Notes: a model not told the origin generated them from the letters alone. A DNA stretch of 64,000 nt from Calditrichia bacterium (GCA_050633245.1 JBOEGD010000020.1:269712-333711); one strand, 5' to 3'. Shown: positions 38,354-48,788, counted from the stretch's first letter. A program made the numbers and translations.

Positions 38354-40621
38354 ATGCAGAAGACCTTGCTGTTTTGTTACCTGATTTTTCCAGTCCTTTT
38401 ATTCCCTCAAATCGAGGATGTTCAGCCTACGGCTGAACGCACCGGTATGATTAGTGGCCGCGTTATGAATAGCGAGACGGGTTCGCCGCTGGATTTTACC
38501 GATGTGTATTTGGACAGTTTGCCACTCGGTAATGCTACTGATAATCACGGTAACTATCTCATTCGCTATGTGCCGCCAGGTATTCATACGTTGGTTGTAA
38601 GCCGGTTGGGCTTTGTAGAGCATAGAGAAACGGTCTCTGTTGTCGCAGGAAAGTTGTTGTCGCGAGAGATTTCGTTAATTCCAACGCAGGTGAGTGGGGA
38701 CGAGGTTGTCGTTACCGCTACGCGAAAAGAGCAGACCGCTCAGATGGCGCCGGCCAGCGTTGCTATATTAACCGCTGAAGACGTTGCCATTCGTCCGGTT
38801 ACAACCTTCGATCAAATTTTGGAATCCGTTCCGGGAGTAGCGGTATTTCGGGCAGCGGGCGTTTCTGTGCAAAGCTTATCTATTCGCGGCAGCTCGGATG
38901 TTGCCGGTGGCGGTGTGGGAAATCGGGTTTTGCTTTTGGTGGATGGACGTCCGGCGCTCACGGCTGAAGCCGGTGGTGCCTATTGGGGACTTGTTCCCAC
39001 TAACTTTGTCGAGCGTGTTGAAGTGGTAAAAGGCGCGTTTTCCAGTCTCTATGGCTCTACGGCAATGGGAGGTGTGGTAAACGTAATTACGCGCCGCCCG
39101 ACAAAATCAACGACAAGCCTGGCTATGAAGTATGGATTTTTTGAAAAAGCCGATCCGGAAATTCGCTATACCGATGAAACCCTTTTTCAGAATGAGCTCG
39201 AGTTAAGTCACTCGGGGATTCGCGGACCGGTAAGCTATCTGTTTAACATCAGCAGAAAAGAGTCTGATGGACATGCCACGCAAACCGGCTATGAGTTTTA
39301 TGATGTCTTCTCAAAGCTATTGTTCGATCTAAACCTGAATCGCAATCTCGAGCTTACCTTAGGTGGAGGTTGGGCGGAAAATGACTACCCGCATTCCTGG
39401 TTGAATGCAGCTCAGCCTTTGTCGGTGCGACCGTCTCGAACCGATAATCGGCAGGAGAAGCGTCAATTTAATGTTGATGCCCACTATTGGGCGGTGCCAA
39501 ACAATCGCAGTAAATATTCCTCGCGCTTTTATTGGTATCGCAACACTGCAAATTCTTTCTTTAATGAAAACGATCCAAATCTTGAAATTACCAGAAATGA
39601 ACCGCTTGGCACCAAAACGCTGCTGGATGGTGATAAGTTAGGCAATATCACTCAGTTCGATACCTATCTCAGCGATAAGAATTATTTTATTGTCGGCATT
39701 GATTTGCAGCTCGATTATGTTGAGTCTTCACCCGATACCGTGCTGTACGGAAAACAGCAGGTAAACAATGGGGCATTCTATCTGCAAAATGAAACGCAGT
39801 TCTCGAAGGAGCTAATTGCGACAGTTGGCCTGCGTTATGATGTGAACCACTTGGTTAGCGGTAAGACGCTGAGGGAATTCAGTCCGAAGATTTCGCTGGT
39901 ATATTCTCCTACAAAAACCTTTACCCTACGCGGATTGTTTGGACAGGCTTTTCGTGCCCCGACAATTTCAGAACGTTTCTTTGAGGAAGAGATTGGCGGA
40001 GGTATAGACTTTGTGCCCAATCCCGATTTGGATGCAGAACGCATGGATGTTTCACTGGAAGCCGGTGTGCGTTGGCAGGCGACGAGCTATGCCGATTTGG
40101 ATGTGGCCTGGTTTTACTATCATTATGAGAATCTTATCTACTGGCGAGATATTGGAATTGACAATGGTGCAACTGCAGGTACCGTTTTTCAGGTGCAAAA
40201 CCTCAATCGCGCTCTTCTTCAGGGGATCGAGTTAACAGGTAATTTGCGAATAAAAGATGCGGTTCATCTAAGTGCAAACTATACCTGGTTGAATGCAGAG
40301 GATCAGTCTGATGATCGTTTGGATGACGTTCTTGCCTACCGTCCCGAGCACTCATTAAATCTTGCGGCAACGGCTCGCTGGAATCGACTGCAGTTCCATA
40401 CCAATGGACGTTTTCGCAGCGACATCGAAGAAGTATTTTTATTCCCACCGAGTGCTCCGGATGCTTTTTGGGTATGGAATAGCAAGCTGTCTGTGAACCT
40501 GACCTCAATGTTTAGCGCCAATGTGACGCTGAATAACCTGTTCGATGCACAGTACGAAGAACTGGCCCGCTATCGTATGCCCGGACGAAACTGGCTCTTT
40601 GGGCTTTCGCTTCGTTTTTAG
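38354..40621 (+). CDS. TonB-dependent receptor with N-terminal carboxypeptidase-regulatory-like domain (BtuB/CirA-like)
   Basis: EVVVTATR TonB box, SIRG, VEVVKGAFSSLYGSTAMGGVVNVIT plug, FRAPT, NNLFD, terminal Phe. Confidence 0.93.
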   Translation: MQKTLLFCYLIFPVLLFPQIEDVQPTAERTGMISGRVMNSETGSPLDFTDVYLDSLPLGNATDNHGNYLIRYVPPGIHTLVVSRLGFVEHRETVSVVAGKLLSREISLIPTQVSGDEVVVTATRKEQTAQMAPASVAILTAEDVAIRPVTTFDQILESVPGVAVFRAAGVSVQSLSIRGSSDVAGGGVGNRVLLLVDGRPALTAEAGGAYWGLVPTNFVERVEVVKGAFSSLYGSTAMGGVVNVITRRPTKSTTSLAMKYGFFEKADPEIRYTDETLFQNELELSHSGIRGPVSYLFNISRKESDGHATQTGYEFYDVFSKLLFDLNLNRNLELTLGGGWAENDYPHSWLNAAQPLSVRPSRTDNRQEKRQFNVDAHYWAVPNNRSKYSSRFYWYRNTANSFFNENDPNLEITRNEPLGTKTLLDGDKLGNITQFDTYLSDKNYFIVGIDLQLDYVESSPDTVLYGKQQVNNGAFYLQNETQFSKELIATVGLRYDVNHLVSGKTLREFSPKISLVYSPTKTFTLRGLFGQAFRAPTISERFFEEEIGGGIDFVPNPDLDAERMDVSLEAGVRWQATSYADLDVAWFYYHYENLIYWRDIGIDNGATAGTVFQVQNLNRALLQGIELTGNLRIKDAVHLSANYTWLNAEDQSDDRLDDVLAYRPEHSLNLAATARWNRLQFHTNGRFRSDIEEVFLFPPSAPDAFWVWNSKLSVNLTSMFSANVTLNNLFDAQYEELARYRMPGRNWLFGLSLRF

Positions 40622-40625
40622 GCAC

Positions 40626-40873
40626 TTTGGAGCAGTCTTCAAGACTGCTCCAAACTCTTGCAAACTCTGCTGTCGGCGATCACTTACATGTGCCGAGGTG
40701 GCATTTATTTTTTTTATACTTCAAAAAACTCCGTCTTTTTTCTAAGTAAAGGTAGACCCTCTAGCTCCCAACACTGCTCCATTCTGACAATGCTCCAGTG
40801 TTTTGTCGGAGATTTTCGATTCCAGACCCCCCAACTTCTTCTCTAGACCGGGAGCAGTTTGCAAAACTGCTCT
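40626..40873. repeat. Composite REP-like element, copy B (inverted relative to copy A)
   Basis: Palindrome 40626-40654; core 40763-40799 is the reverse complement of 6669-6704 with a 1-nt indel; palindrome 40845-40873. Confidence 0.85.
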
Positions 40874-40898
40874 TAATTTATTGGTTTGAAAATCATAC

Positions 40899-40966
40899 TT
40901 GACAAATTGTGTTTTTGTTAGTTATGTTTAACATGTCTTTCAGTCGTACAGTGTGATGTACGACTG
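40899..40966 (+). promoter_or_regulatory. Candidate sigma-70 promoter and leader inverted repeat for the ATPase gene
   Basis: TTGACA-N18-TATGTT; CAGTCGTACA-gtgtga-TGTACGACTG at 40941-40966. Confidence 0.5.
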
Positions 40967-41008
40967 CCTTACCCTGTGGCGGACTTCATTTATCAAAAGG
41001 AGAGATGT

Positions 41009-42352
41009 ATGGAAGACCTTTTAAAAGAATACAACCCCCATTGGGAAGACGCCAATCCATACAAAGACCTTATTCAGCGCGAAAGTTACCGTACACACTT
41101 ACATGACCTTATTGATCGCAAGGAAATCGTTATCCTCAAGGGTATTCGCAGGTCCGGCAAAAGCAGCCTGCTTAAGCTGGTGATCAGCGATCTGTTGACG
41201 CGTGGCGTTAATGCGCGAAACATGATGTTCATGAATCTCGAAGACTATCGCTTTGGTAGTGAGAAGACGCTCGAAACACTGGATGAAATCTATCAAACCT
41301 ACAAGCAAATGCACAAGCCGCGCGGCAAGCGCTATATTCTGCTCGATGAGATTCAGGAAATTCCTGAGTTCGAGCGCTGGTTGAGAACCTATTATGAAAA
41401 AGAAAAACAAATCAAGTTCGTAATTACGGGTTCATCCTCATCGCTTTTTTCAAGCGAGCTGGGGACCTTGTTGACAGGCCGACAGATTTCAACGGAAGTC
41501 TTCCCATTTTCGTTTCAGGAATTTCTTGCGCATCATGCAAAAACAATTGCAAAAAACGCTGCTAAAAAGCCGATCGATTCACTTTATCTGTCCGCATCAT
41601 TTAAGAAGATCGAGCCGCTTCTACAGCGATATCTCGACTCCGGTGGTTTTCCAGAGATCGTAAAAAACGAACAATCCGAAAGCAATGTTTTATTGCTTCA
41701 GCAATATATCAGCGATATCCTGCTGCGCGATATTGCAAAGCGCTACAATATTCGCAAGGTTCAGGTGCTTCAAAAGCTAACGCTCTATCTAATCTTCAAT
41801 ATGGGATTAGACATGAATGTCTCTCGCATCGCTGAACGCATTGGCAGCAACCGCACGACAGTTCTTGAGCTGATTGGCTATCTTCGTGAAGTGTATATGA
41901 TCTTCCCGTTAAGCAGCTTTAGCTTTAGCGCAACCGAACAACAGACTACAAAGCATCGTAAAGTTTTTTGCATAGATAATGGATTTTATGCCGCGATAAA
42001 AACCGACTCCAAACGCGATCGTTACAAGAAGTTTAAAAATGCCGTGTTCCAACAAGTTCGATTTCAGTGGGGAAAGACAGTGGCTTATTGGCGGGAAAAG
42101 GTCGAGATAGATTTTGTGCTTGAGGACGGCTTTCCAATTAACATCATGCCCGATGAGGGGTCGATTGACAGTGAAATCGATCGACTGCTCTATTTCATGA
42201 ATAACCACAATATGCGTGAGGCGTTACTCATTACTTGGAATAAGCTGCAAATTATTGAAGAGAACGACCGACGTATTTTACTACTTCCGCTATGGCTGCT
42301 ACTTGTAAAAAATGAAGAACAGATTCGCAAATATTTGTCCGAGGGCGACTAG
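41009..42352 (+). CDS. AAA_14/DUF4143 family ATPase
   Basis: GIRRSGKS Walker A, LLDEIQ Walker B, ITGSSS, LTGR, GGFPE, KVFCIDNG, EIDF. Confidence 0.9.
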   Translation: MEDLLKEYNPHWEDANPYKDLIQRESYRTHLHDLIDRKEIVILKGIRRSGKSSLLKLVISDLLTRGVNARNMMFMNLEDYRFGSEKTLETLDEIYQTYKQMHKPRGKRYILLDEIQEIPEFERWLRTYYEKEKQIKFVITGSSSSLFSSELGTLLTGRQISTEVFPFSFQEFLAHHAKTIAKNAAKKPIDSLYLSASFKKIEPLLQRYLDSGGFPEIVKNEQSESNVLLLQQYISDILLRDIAKRYNIRKVQVLQKLTLYLIFNMGLDMNVSRIAERIGSNRTTVLELIGYLREVYMIFPLSSFSFSATEQQTTKHRKVFCIDNGFYAAIKTDSKRDRYKKFKNAVFQQVRFQWGKTVAYWREKVEIDFVLEDGFPINIMPDEGSIDSEIDRLLYFMNNHNMREALLITWNKLQIIEENDRRILLLPLWLLLVKNEEQIRKYLSEGD

Positions 42353-42385
42353 CGTTTTTTGGTCGCCAGTCTTCTGGTATTCCGA

Positions 42386-43216
42386 TTAGCCCTGTTTGCG
42401 AGCCAGAAAGATCATGCGACGACTGTCGTGCTTGAACGGACTCTTATCGTAATATCCATAAATTTCTTCCACAACAAAACCAGATCGTTCCAGTAGCAAC
42501 TCCATTTCATAGCGAAAGATGTAGCGTATTGGCAGGATGTTGGTGGTCTTCGACAAAAAATTGCCGGCGTTGTCATGGCGCTCATGAATGTAAACGTGCA
42601 CAGCGATCTGCCTGGAGGGATCATAGCCTCTGGCTAGGTAGCGCGTGATGGTATTACCATTTCGCGGATCGTTGAACGTGCCCTCGTATTTTACCGGCAT
42701 GGAGTGCCCCCAGCGCGCAATTTCACCACCCTCATAAGACACACGTTGCTCGCGTGCATCCCAATTGCTCATCCCGATTATTAACAATCCATCCGGCGTT
42801 AGGTGGTCATGCACACGGCGCAGAGTTTCCAGCTGTCTTTCCGTCTCAATAACATGTGCAAATTCTCCATAGGGCATTAATGCGAGAGTAAACTCTCCAT
42901 TAACGTCCATCTCAGACATGTTTTGCCGGTCGAGCTGCACAAGTTGTTGAATCTCTTCTGGCTGTTCAGACATTTTGTCGCGGGCAATCTTCAACATATT
43001 CTCAGAAAGATCGAAGCCACTTACCCGATAGCCGGCTTTGGCCAGCGCCAGCGTAACCCTGCCGGTGCCGCAACCGATTTCAAGAACCGGCGACCCTTGT
43101 TTTTGAGCATAGTCGAGGAAAAGGGGCAGGTCGTCCTGCTTGTTTTGATGCGTAAGTTCATAGAGCTCTGCCCAATCCGCAAAGGGATCGCCTGTAAGTT
43201 CATGCTTGTTTTTCAC
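42386..43216 (-). CDS. Class I SAM-dependent methyltransferase
   Basis: VLEIGCGTGRV, GFDLSENML, HLTPDGLL, ELLLERSGF. Confidence 0.9.
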   Translation of the reverse strand: MKNKHELTGDPFADWAELYELTHQNKQDDLPLFLDYAQKQGSPVLEIGCGTGRVTLALAKAGYRVSGFDLSENMLKIARDKMSEQPEEIQQLVQLDRQNMSEMDVNGEFTLALMPYGEFAHVIETERQLETLRRVHDHLTPDGLLIIGMSNWDAREQRVSYEGGEIARWGHSMPVKYEGTFNDPRNGNTITRYLARGYDPSRQIAVHVYIHERHDNAGNFLSKTTNILPIRYIFRYEMELLLERSGFVVEEIYGYYDKSPFKHDSRRMIFLARKQG

Positions 43217-43365
43217 GATTCGAATTCCTTCTTTAGCTGAGAATGTTGTGCTGTATACTGACTTGCTATCTAAAACTTTATCTCATGTTGCCCTCATTCC
43301 TAATAAAACTTTGTTTTTTTCTGTCGATACCTTTATTTTCGAAAGCCTTGTATAAAAGAAAATAA

Positions 43366-43382
43366 ACTTTGTGTTGCAAAGT
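43366..43382. promoter_or_regulatory. Palindromic operator ACTTTG-N5-CAAAGT, repeated at 44479-44495
   Basis: ACTTTG-TGTTG-CAAAGT before the pair and GCTTTG-TTTAA-CAAAGC after the wHTH gene; weaker copy at 43331-43345. Confidence 0.6.
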
Positions 43383-43431
43383 AGTTTGTCGAATAAATAT
43401 ATTAGAGCGTTATCGAAGAGGAGAGATTCGC

Positions 43432-44094
43432 ATGATTGCCAATCATATTCATCATGCACTGGCACAAGTTCGCGAGCTACAGCAGAAGATACTGGAAGGA
43501 CAGCGCTTCAAGGGCTACTCTGGACGCGCCCGTGCAATTTGCGGTGTTGCTGCTCTGGCAGCTGCAATGTTCATGAGCTCACCGCATTATCCCAGTGCAA
43601 CTGCTGCTCATGCCCTCGGATGGGGATGTGTCGCATTATTTGGCGTACTTTTAAACTTCGGCTCTCTGATTCACTGGTTCCTTTTTGACCCCCAGGTGAA
43701 ACGCGACATTCGACGATTAAAGCCAACACTTGACGCACTGCCTCCCATATTAGTTGGAGGCGTTTTAACATTTGTCCTGCTGGATAATGGATTACACGAA
43801 TATTTGTTTGGCGTTTGGATGTGCCTGTTTGGATTGTCTAACCTGGCATCCCGGCACGTACTGCCTCAGCGAATCTGGCTGGTAGGCACCTATTATATCG
43901 CCTGTGGTACTCTATTCCTTGTATTTGGCGGAATGCCTTTTACAAATCCGTGGCCAATGGGACTAGTCTTCTTTGCAGGCGAATGGATTGGCGGGCTTGT
44001 CATTCACTTCGATGATCCGCGTAAGCTTTCTCTTACCCAAGTTTTCAGTATTTTTTTTAATTTAAAGGAGAACAAAAATGCCGGAAAAGCATGA
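43432..44094 (+). CDS. Integral membrane protein (about 6 TM) paired with a wHTH regulator
   Basis: Hydrophobic helices; GAGGAG RBS; overlaps the downstream regulator. Confidence 0.8.
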   Translation: MIANHIHHALAQVRELQQKILEGQRFKGYSGRARAICGVAALAAAMFMSSPHYPSATAAHALGWGCVALFGVLLNFGSLIHWFLFDPQVKRDIRRLKPTLDALPPILVGGVLTFVLLDNGLHEYLFGVWMCLFGLSNLASRHVLPQRIWLVGTYYIACGTLFLVFGGMPFTNPWPMGLVFFAGEWIGGLVIHFDDPRKLSLTQVFSIFFNLKENKNAGKA

Positions 44095-44452
44095 AAATCC
44101 GTTTAATGCGCTCGAGCGGATTTTTCACGAGCCGAACCGTCTGGCGATCATGTCCGCACTTTCCGGGGCCGCGAATGGTCTCAGCTTTCGTGAACTTAAG
44201 GAAAATTGCGATTTGACGGATGGTAATCTCAGTCGTCATCTCAAGGCTCTTGAAGAAGCCGATGCAGTGCAAATTGAAAAGGCCTTCGTTGGTGCGAAGC
44301 CAAGAACAACCGTTGTGTTGACCGATAATGGCCGCGAACGATTTATTGAATATTTACAGGCATTAGAGGAAGTGCTGTTGAAAGCTGCCGATGCAGTTTC
44401 AGCTACCTCGGAACAAGTGGTTGTTCCAATGGCTCGGGTTAAGCCGGCTTAG
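44078..44452 (+). CDS. Winged-helix transcriptional regulator (HTH_34/MarR-like)
   Basis: IFHEPNRLAIMSAL, LTDGNLSRHLKALEEA, KPRT..LTDNGR. Confidence 0.9.
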   Translation: MPEKHENPFNALERIFHEPNRLAIMSALSGAANGLSFRELKENCDLTDGNLSRHLKALEEADAVQIEKAFVGAKPRTTVVLTDNGRERFIEYLQALEEVLLKAADAVSATSEQVVVPMARVKPA

Positions 44453-44684
44453 CCGCATTGCCTTTTTTTTGCAACGATGCTTTGTTTAACAAAGCTCTTT
44501 GCGGAAATTTAGGTGCTTTGATTTAGGCTATATGCATAAGAATTAAAGATAATTCGGTTGTGGGTAGATGAAAGTGACGTAACATATTGCGCGTTTGCCG
44601 AAAAGTGTTACATTAAACACTTTGCAAAAGCATCACCCGCGCTGGACTTGTCCAGACTAATCAAAAACTTTCAGAGGTTTCTAA

Positions 44685-45485
44685 ATGATCGACTCGAATG
44701 GTACCGCTTCCAGTAAGCTTGAGCTACAGCGTCTCATCGATCAGGGATACGAACTACCGCGACACGTGGCAATTATCATGGACGGAAATGGACGATGGGC
44801 TAAAAGACGACTTTTACCGAGAGCTGCAGGACATCGTGAAGGCGTCCGTTCCGTTAAAGCAATTGTAAAAGCTGTTGGCGCATTAAAAATAGATCACCTA
44901 ACGCTATATACATTCTCCAAAGAAAATTGGGGACGACCGGCAACGGAAGTTTCTACTTTGATGAAGCTGCTGGTTTCTTCTTTAAAAAAAGAGCTGCAGG
45001 AACTCATCGAGCAAAATGTACGTCTGCAAACTATCGGCGATCTAAACGATTTGCCACCAGCCGCGCGTGAAGAGCTTGAAAGTGCAATTGAATCGACACG
45101 ACATAATTCAGGACTCACCCTGAATCTGGCGTTGAGCTATGGAAGTCGCTCCGAGATCCTCAACGCAACGAAGGAAATTGCTCGCCGCGTACGCGATGGT
45201 GAGCTGTATCTTGAAGATCTGGATTCGGAAATGTTTGAAGATGCGCTATATACGCGCAATATCCCCGACCCCGATTTGTTGATTCGAACCAGTGGTGAAC
45301 AGAGAATCAGCAATTTCCTGCTTTGGCAAATCGCATACTCCGAAATTTACATTACTGATACGCAGTGGCCCGCTTTTCGCGAAAAACAACTCAATACAGC
45401 ACTCATCAGTTATCTGCAGCGCGAGCGTCGCTATGGGAAAACCAGCGAGCAGCTTAACGGGCAACTAAATGGACATGCCGGATAG
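44685..45485 (+). CDS. uppS: Undecaprenyl diphosphate synthase (cis-prenyltransferase)
   Basis: HVAIIMDGNGRWA, FSKENWGRP, PDLLIRTSGEQRISNFLLWQIAYSE, RRYG. Confidence 0.96.
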   Translation: MIDSNGTASSKLELQRLIDQGYELPRHVAIIMDGNGRWAKRRLLPRAAGHREGVRSVKAIVKAVGALKIDHLTLYTFSKENWGRPATEVSTLMKLLVSSLKKELQELIEQNVRLQTIGDLNDLPPAAREELESAIESTRHNSGLTLNLALSYGSRSEILNATKEIARRVRDGELYLEDLDSEMFEDALYTRNIPDPDLLIRTSGEQRISNFLLWQIAYSEIYITDTQWPAFREKQLNTALISYLQRERRYGKTSEQLNGQLNGHAG

Positions 45486-45500
45486 CGATCGTTTTTGTGT

Positions 45501-46787
45501 ATGAATAATGAATTTGAAGAAGCGTATCGCGCGCTGCTGGAAAATCTGTATGGCTTGCAGCGCGCCGGAGTAAAGTATACGCTGGACAATATACTTTTCT
45601 TGCTTGAAGCAGTCGATAACCCGCACCTGAAGTGGCCGTCGATTCACGTGGCCGGAACGAATGGCAAGGGATCAACATCGGCTCAAATGGCTGCGATTCT
45701 ACAGCAAGCGGGTTACAAAACCGGGCTGTATACGTCACCTCACCTTATCAACTTTACCGAACGTATCCGCGTAAATGGCAGAGAAATGCTGCCCGCAGAT
45801 GTAACGGAGTTTATGCAGATAATCCAACCTGCAATCGATGAAATTCATCCTTCCTTTTATGAAGTGACGACTGCAATGGCTTTTTGGGAGTTTGCGCGTC
45901 AGAAAGTTGATATTGCTGTAATCGAAACCGGGCTTGGTGGAAGGCTGGATTCTACCAATGTAATTACGCCGCTGATTAGCGTAATTACGCCGATAGGAAT
46001 GGATCACTCTGACTACCTTGGCGACACCCTTGAGGCCATTGCCGGGGAGAAAGCGGGAATCATAAAACCAGGCGTTCCCTGTATTACAAGTAACCGTGAT
46101 GAAGCTGTTTTGAAGGTTTTTCAGGAAAAATGCAAAAAAAATCACTCAAGTTTCTATAAAGTTTTCGATTATATAGAATATCAGATGCTTGCCTCTGATT
46201 TAACCGGGACACGTTTTCAGTATTGGTCAGAATCCAACCCGACCCCAAAAACGGCTTTTATTTCATTGGCAGGCGAGCACCAGATGGAAAACGCTTTGCT
46301 GGCCATTCATGCACTGAAACTGCTCTCAAATACATTCCCGATTCCTGAAAAGGCAATGAACGCATTAGAGAAGGTTCGCTGGCCGGGTCGTTTAGATGTG
46401 ATTCATAATGAGCCATTGGTTATTGTTGACGTGTCTCATAATCGCGAAGGTTTTCAGCAAACGATGTCGTTTTTAAAACCTTTTGTGAAACCGTCGAAGA
46501 CAAAGATCGTATTGCTCTTACAAAGCAACAAGCCGTATAAAGATATAGCGAAGCAGCTGTCGGGTAAATCAGAAGCTGTTTATGTGGTCGATATGTCGTT
46601 AGGGAATCCGGTAAAAGCAGCGGTATTAAAGCGGGAACTTGAAAAAAATCATGTGCGGGTTGAGGTTGTAAATTCCATTGAGAAATTACAGGGCAGAATA
46701 GATGATTCCGCGAAAACAGATGCCTGGCTCATTATTGGATCACATTATTTGGCAGGGGAAGTATACAATAGTCTACATTTATCTTGA
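45501..46787 (+). CDS. folC: Folylpolyglutamate/dihydrofolate synthase
   Basis: HVAGTNGKGS, YTSPHL, ETGLGGRLDSTN, EKAGIIK, WPGR, DVSHN. Confidence 0.95.
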   Translation: MNNEFEEAYRALLENLYGLQRAGVKYTLDNILFLLEAVDNPHLKWPSIHVAGTNGKGSTSAQMAAILQQAGYKTGLYTSPHLINFTERIRVNGREMLPADVTEFMQIIQPAIDEIHPSFYEVTTAMAFWEFARQKVDIAVIETGLGGRLDSTNVITPLISVITPIGMDHSDYLGDTLEAIAGEKAGIIKPGVPCITSNRDEAVLKVFQEKCKKNHSSFYKVFDYIEYQMLASDLTGTRFQYWSESNPTPKTAFISLAGEHQMENALLAIHALKLLSNTFPIPEKAMNALEKVRWPGRLDVIHNEPLVIVDVSHNREGFQQTMSFLKPFVKPSKTKIVLLLQSNKPYKDIAKQLSGKSEAVYVVDMSLGNPVKAAVLKRELEKNHVRVEVVNSIEKLQGRIDDSAKTDAWLIIGSHYLAGEVYNSLHLS

Positions 46788-46812
46788 TTTTTGAAAAAAG
46801 GGAATTTATATT
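46784..46812 (+). promoter_or_regulatory. Candidate sigma-70 promoter of rho, giving a ~245-nt leader
   Basis: TTGATT-N17-TATATT. Confidence 0.5.
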
Positions 46813-47060
46813 CCGCTGTGCTGACGTTTTCAGCACCTTCCATTGAGTACCTCCCTTTGCCTGATGAATAGAGGATATTCCTAAAAGTATAAGAGTTTAT
46901 ATCTAGTCAACGTCAGTATCGTATCATCGCCTCGACCTCTGACAATCCCTGCAGAAACATTCGGGAAAATTTCAGCCAACTATTCGCAAAAACTTTCGTT
47001 AAAAATCAAAAATACATACAACCATCCACACTACACCTCTCAAACTGGAGTAATACCATC

Positions 47061-48311
47061 ATGCTTGATCTGGATTCCTTAAAATCCTTAAAGATATCTG
47101 AGCTGAACCAAGTTGCACAAGAGCTCAATATCCAGAGCACTTCCGGTCTGAAAAAACAGGAATTGATATTCAGAATTCTGGAAGAGCAGACGGCTCAAGA
47201 GGGATTGATCTTCTCGAAAGGTGTGTTGGAAGTTCTTCCCGATGGATACGGCTTCCTACGCTCTCCGAAGTTCAATTACCTGCCCGGCCCTGATGACATT
47301 TATGTTTCCCCCTCACAAATTAAACGCTTCGACTTACGCACTGGTGATACCGTTTCCGGTCAGATTCGTCCGCCGAAAGACAATGAGCGCTTCTTTGCTC
47401 TGCTTCGTGTAGAAGCCGTTAACTTTGAGAGCCCGGATAAAAAACGCGATGTGAACCTTTTTGATAACCTTACGCCAATTTATCCAATTGAAAAACTGAA
47501 CCTTGAAGGCAATCCCAAAGAGTATACCATGCGCATCATGAATCTGCTGACGCCGATTGGTGGTGGTCAACGCGGACTGATCGTATCGCCACCGCGTGCT
47601 GGTAAAACAGTCATTATGCAAAAAATTGCCAATGCAATTACCGAAAATAATCCCGACTCGGTAATGATTGTGCTGTTGATTGATGAACGCCCGGAAGAAG
47701 TTACGGATATGGAGCGAAGCGTTAACGCCGAGGTCGTGTCTTCTACATTTGATGAACCGCCAGAGCGTCACGTTCAGGTTGCCGAGATGGTTTTGGAAAA
47801 GGCCAAGCGCCTTGTTGAATACGGCAAAGACGTTATTATTTTGCTGGACTCTATTACGCGTCTGGCTCGTGCTCACAACACCGTAGTACCACATAGTGGA
47901 AAAATTCTGTCTGGTGGTGTGGATTCAAACGCGCTTCGTCATCCGAAACGCTTTTTTGGTGCTGCTCGCAATATCGAAGAGGGTGGAAGCCTTACTATTA
48001 TCGCTACGGCGTTGGTGCAAACCGGTTCCCGTATGGATGAGGTGATCTTCGAAGAATTTAAGGGGACCGGTAACATGGAAATTGTTCTCGATCGCCGTTT
48101 GGCTGACCGTCGAATTTTCCCTGCTATCGATATCAATAGCTCAGGTACGCGTAAGGAAGAATTGCTGCTTTCGCAGAAAGAACTTTCCCGCGTATGGATT
48201 CTTCGCAAGTTGCTTAATGAAATGAATCCGATTGAAGCAATGGAGTTCCTGGTGAACAAAATGCGCCAAACAGAAACGAATGAAGAGTTTCTGGATAGTA
48301 TGAGTTCCTAA
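47061..48311 (+). CDS. rho: Transcription termination factor Rho
   Basis: [48 protein letters not shown]. Confidence 0.99.
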   Translation: MLDLDSLKSLKISELNQVAQELNIQSTSGLKKQELIFRILEEQTAQEGLIFSKGVLEVLPDGYGFLRSPKFNYLPGPDDIYVSPSQIKRFDLRTGDTVSGQIRPPKDNERFFALLRVEAVNFESPDKKRDVNLFDNLTPIYPIEKLNLEGNPKEYTMRIMNLLTPIGGGQRGLIVSPPRAGKTVIMQKIANAITENNPDSVMIVLLIDERPEEVTDMERSVNAEVVSSTFDEPPERHVQVAEMVLEKAKRLVEYGKDVIILLDSITRLARAHNTVVPHSGKILSGGVDSNALRHPKRFFGAARNIEEGGSLTIIATALVQTGSRMDEVIFEEFKGTGNMEIVLDRRLADRRIFPAIDINSSGTRKEELLLSQKELSRVWILRKLLNEMNPIEAMEFLVNKMRQTETNEEFLDSMSS

Positions 48312-48327
48312 AAAAAGAAACTGGTGC

Positions 48328-48356
48328 TTGCTTTTGGTCGATTTCGTTAATATTTT
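48328..48356 (+). promoter_or_regulatory. Candidate sigma-70 promoter of rpmE2
   Basis: TTGCTT-N17-TATTTT. Confidence 0.4.
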
Positions 48357-48400
48357 TGCGTGATTGAACCAAAAAGTACGCTGTTAAGGAGTTTTTAGTA

Positions 48401-48652
48401 ATGAAAAAAGACATTCATCCAAATTATCGCCCGGTCGTTTTTAAAGACATTTCGACGGACTTTGCCTTCCTCACGCGTTCAACCGCTAATACGAAGGATA
48501 CGATTAAATGGGAAGACGGAAACGAGTATCCGCTTATTAAAGTGGAAATCTCTGCAGACTCGCATCCATTTTTCACTGGTACGCAGAAGCTTATTGACTC
48601 TGCCGGCCGCGTAGAGAAGTTCCTCAAAAAGTATGGCGATCGTCGTAAGTAA
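48401..48652 (+). CDS. rpmE2: 50S ribosomal protein L31 type B (Zn-free)
   Basis: [16 protein letters not shown]...SHPFFTG...GRVEKF; no Cys. Confidence 0.97.
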   Translation: MKKDIHPNYRPVVFKDISTDFAFLTRSTANTKDTIKWEDGNEYPLIKVEISADSHPFFTGTQKLIDSAGRVEKFLKKYGDRRK

Positions 48653-48671
48653 CGCGCTGTAACGAATTGCG

Positions 48672-48718
48672 AAGGCGGAATGTCCAAACCGACAAAGGTT
48701 TGGGTGTTCCGCTTTTTT
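48672..48718 (+). terminator. Rho-independent terminator
   Basis: GCGGAATGTCCAAACC-gacaaa-GGTTTGGGTGTTCCGC plus T6. Confidence 0.8.
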
Positions 48719-48788
48719 GCTGAATTGGCAAGAAACTTTGCCGGAATTCCCCTCTTACAACACAGACTAAAACAGGTAATATTATCTC

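Noticed and set aside
47334-47894. 186-aa minus-strand ORF, and similar antisense ORFs such as 52507..53007, 18557..19039 and 17046..17468
   Set aside because: They lie wholly or largely opposite conserved genes (rho, rnr and others) and look like codon-bias shadows.
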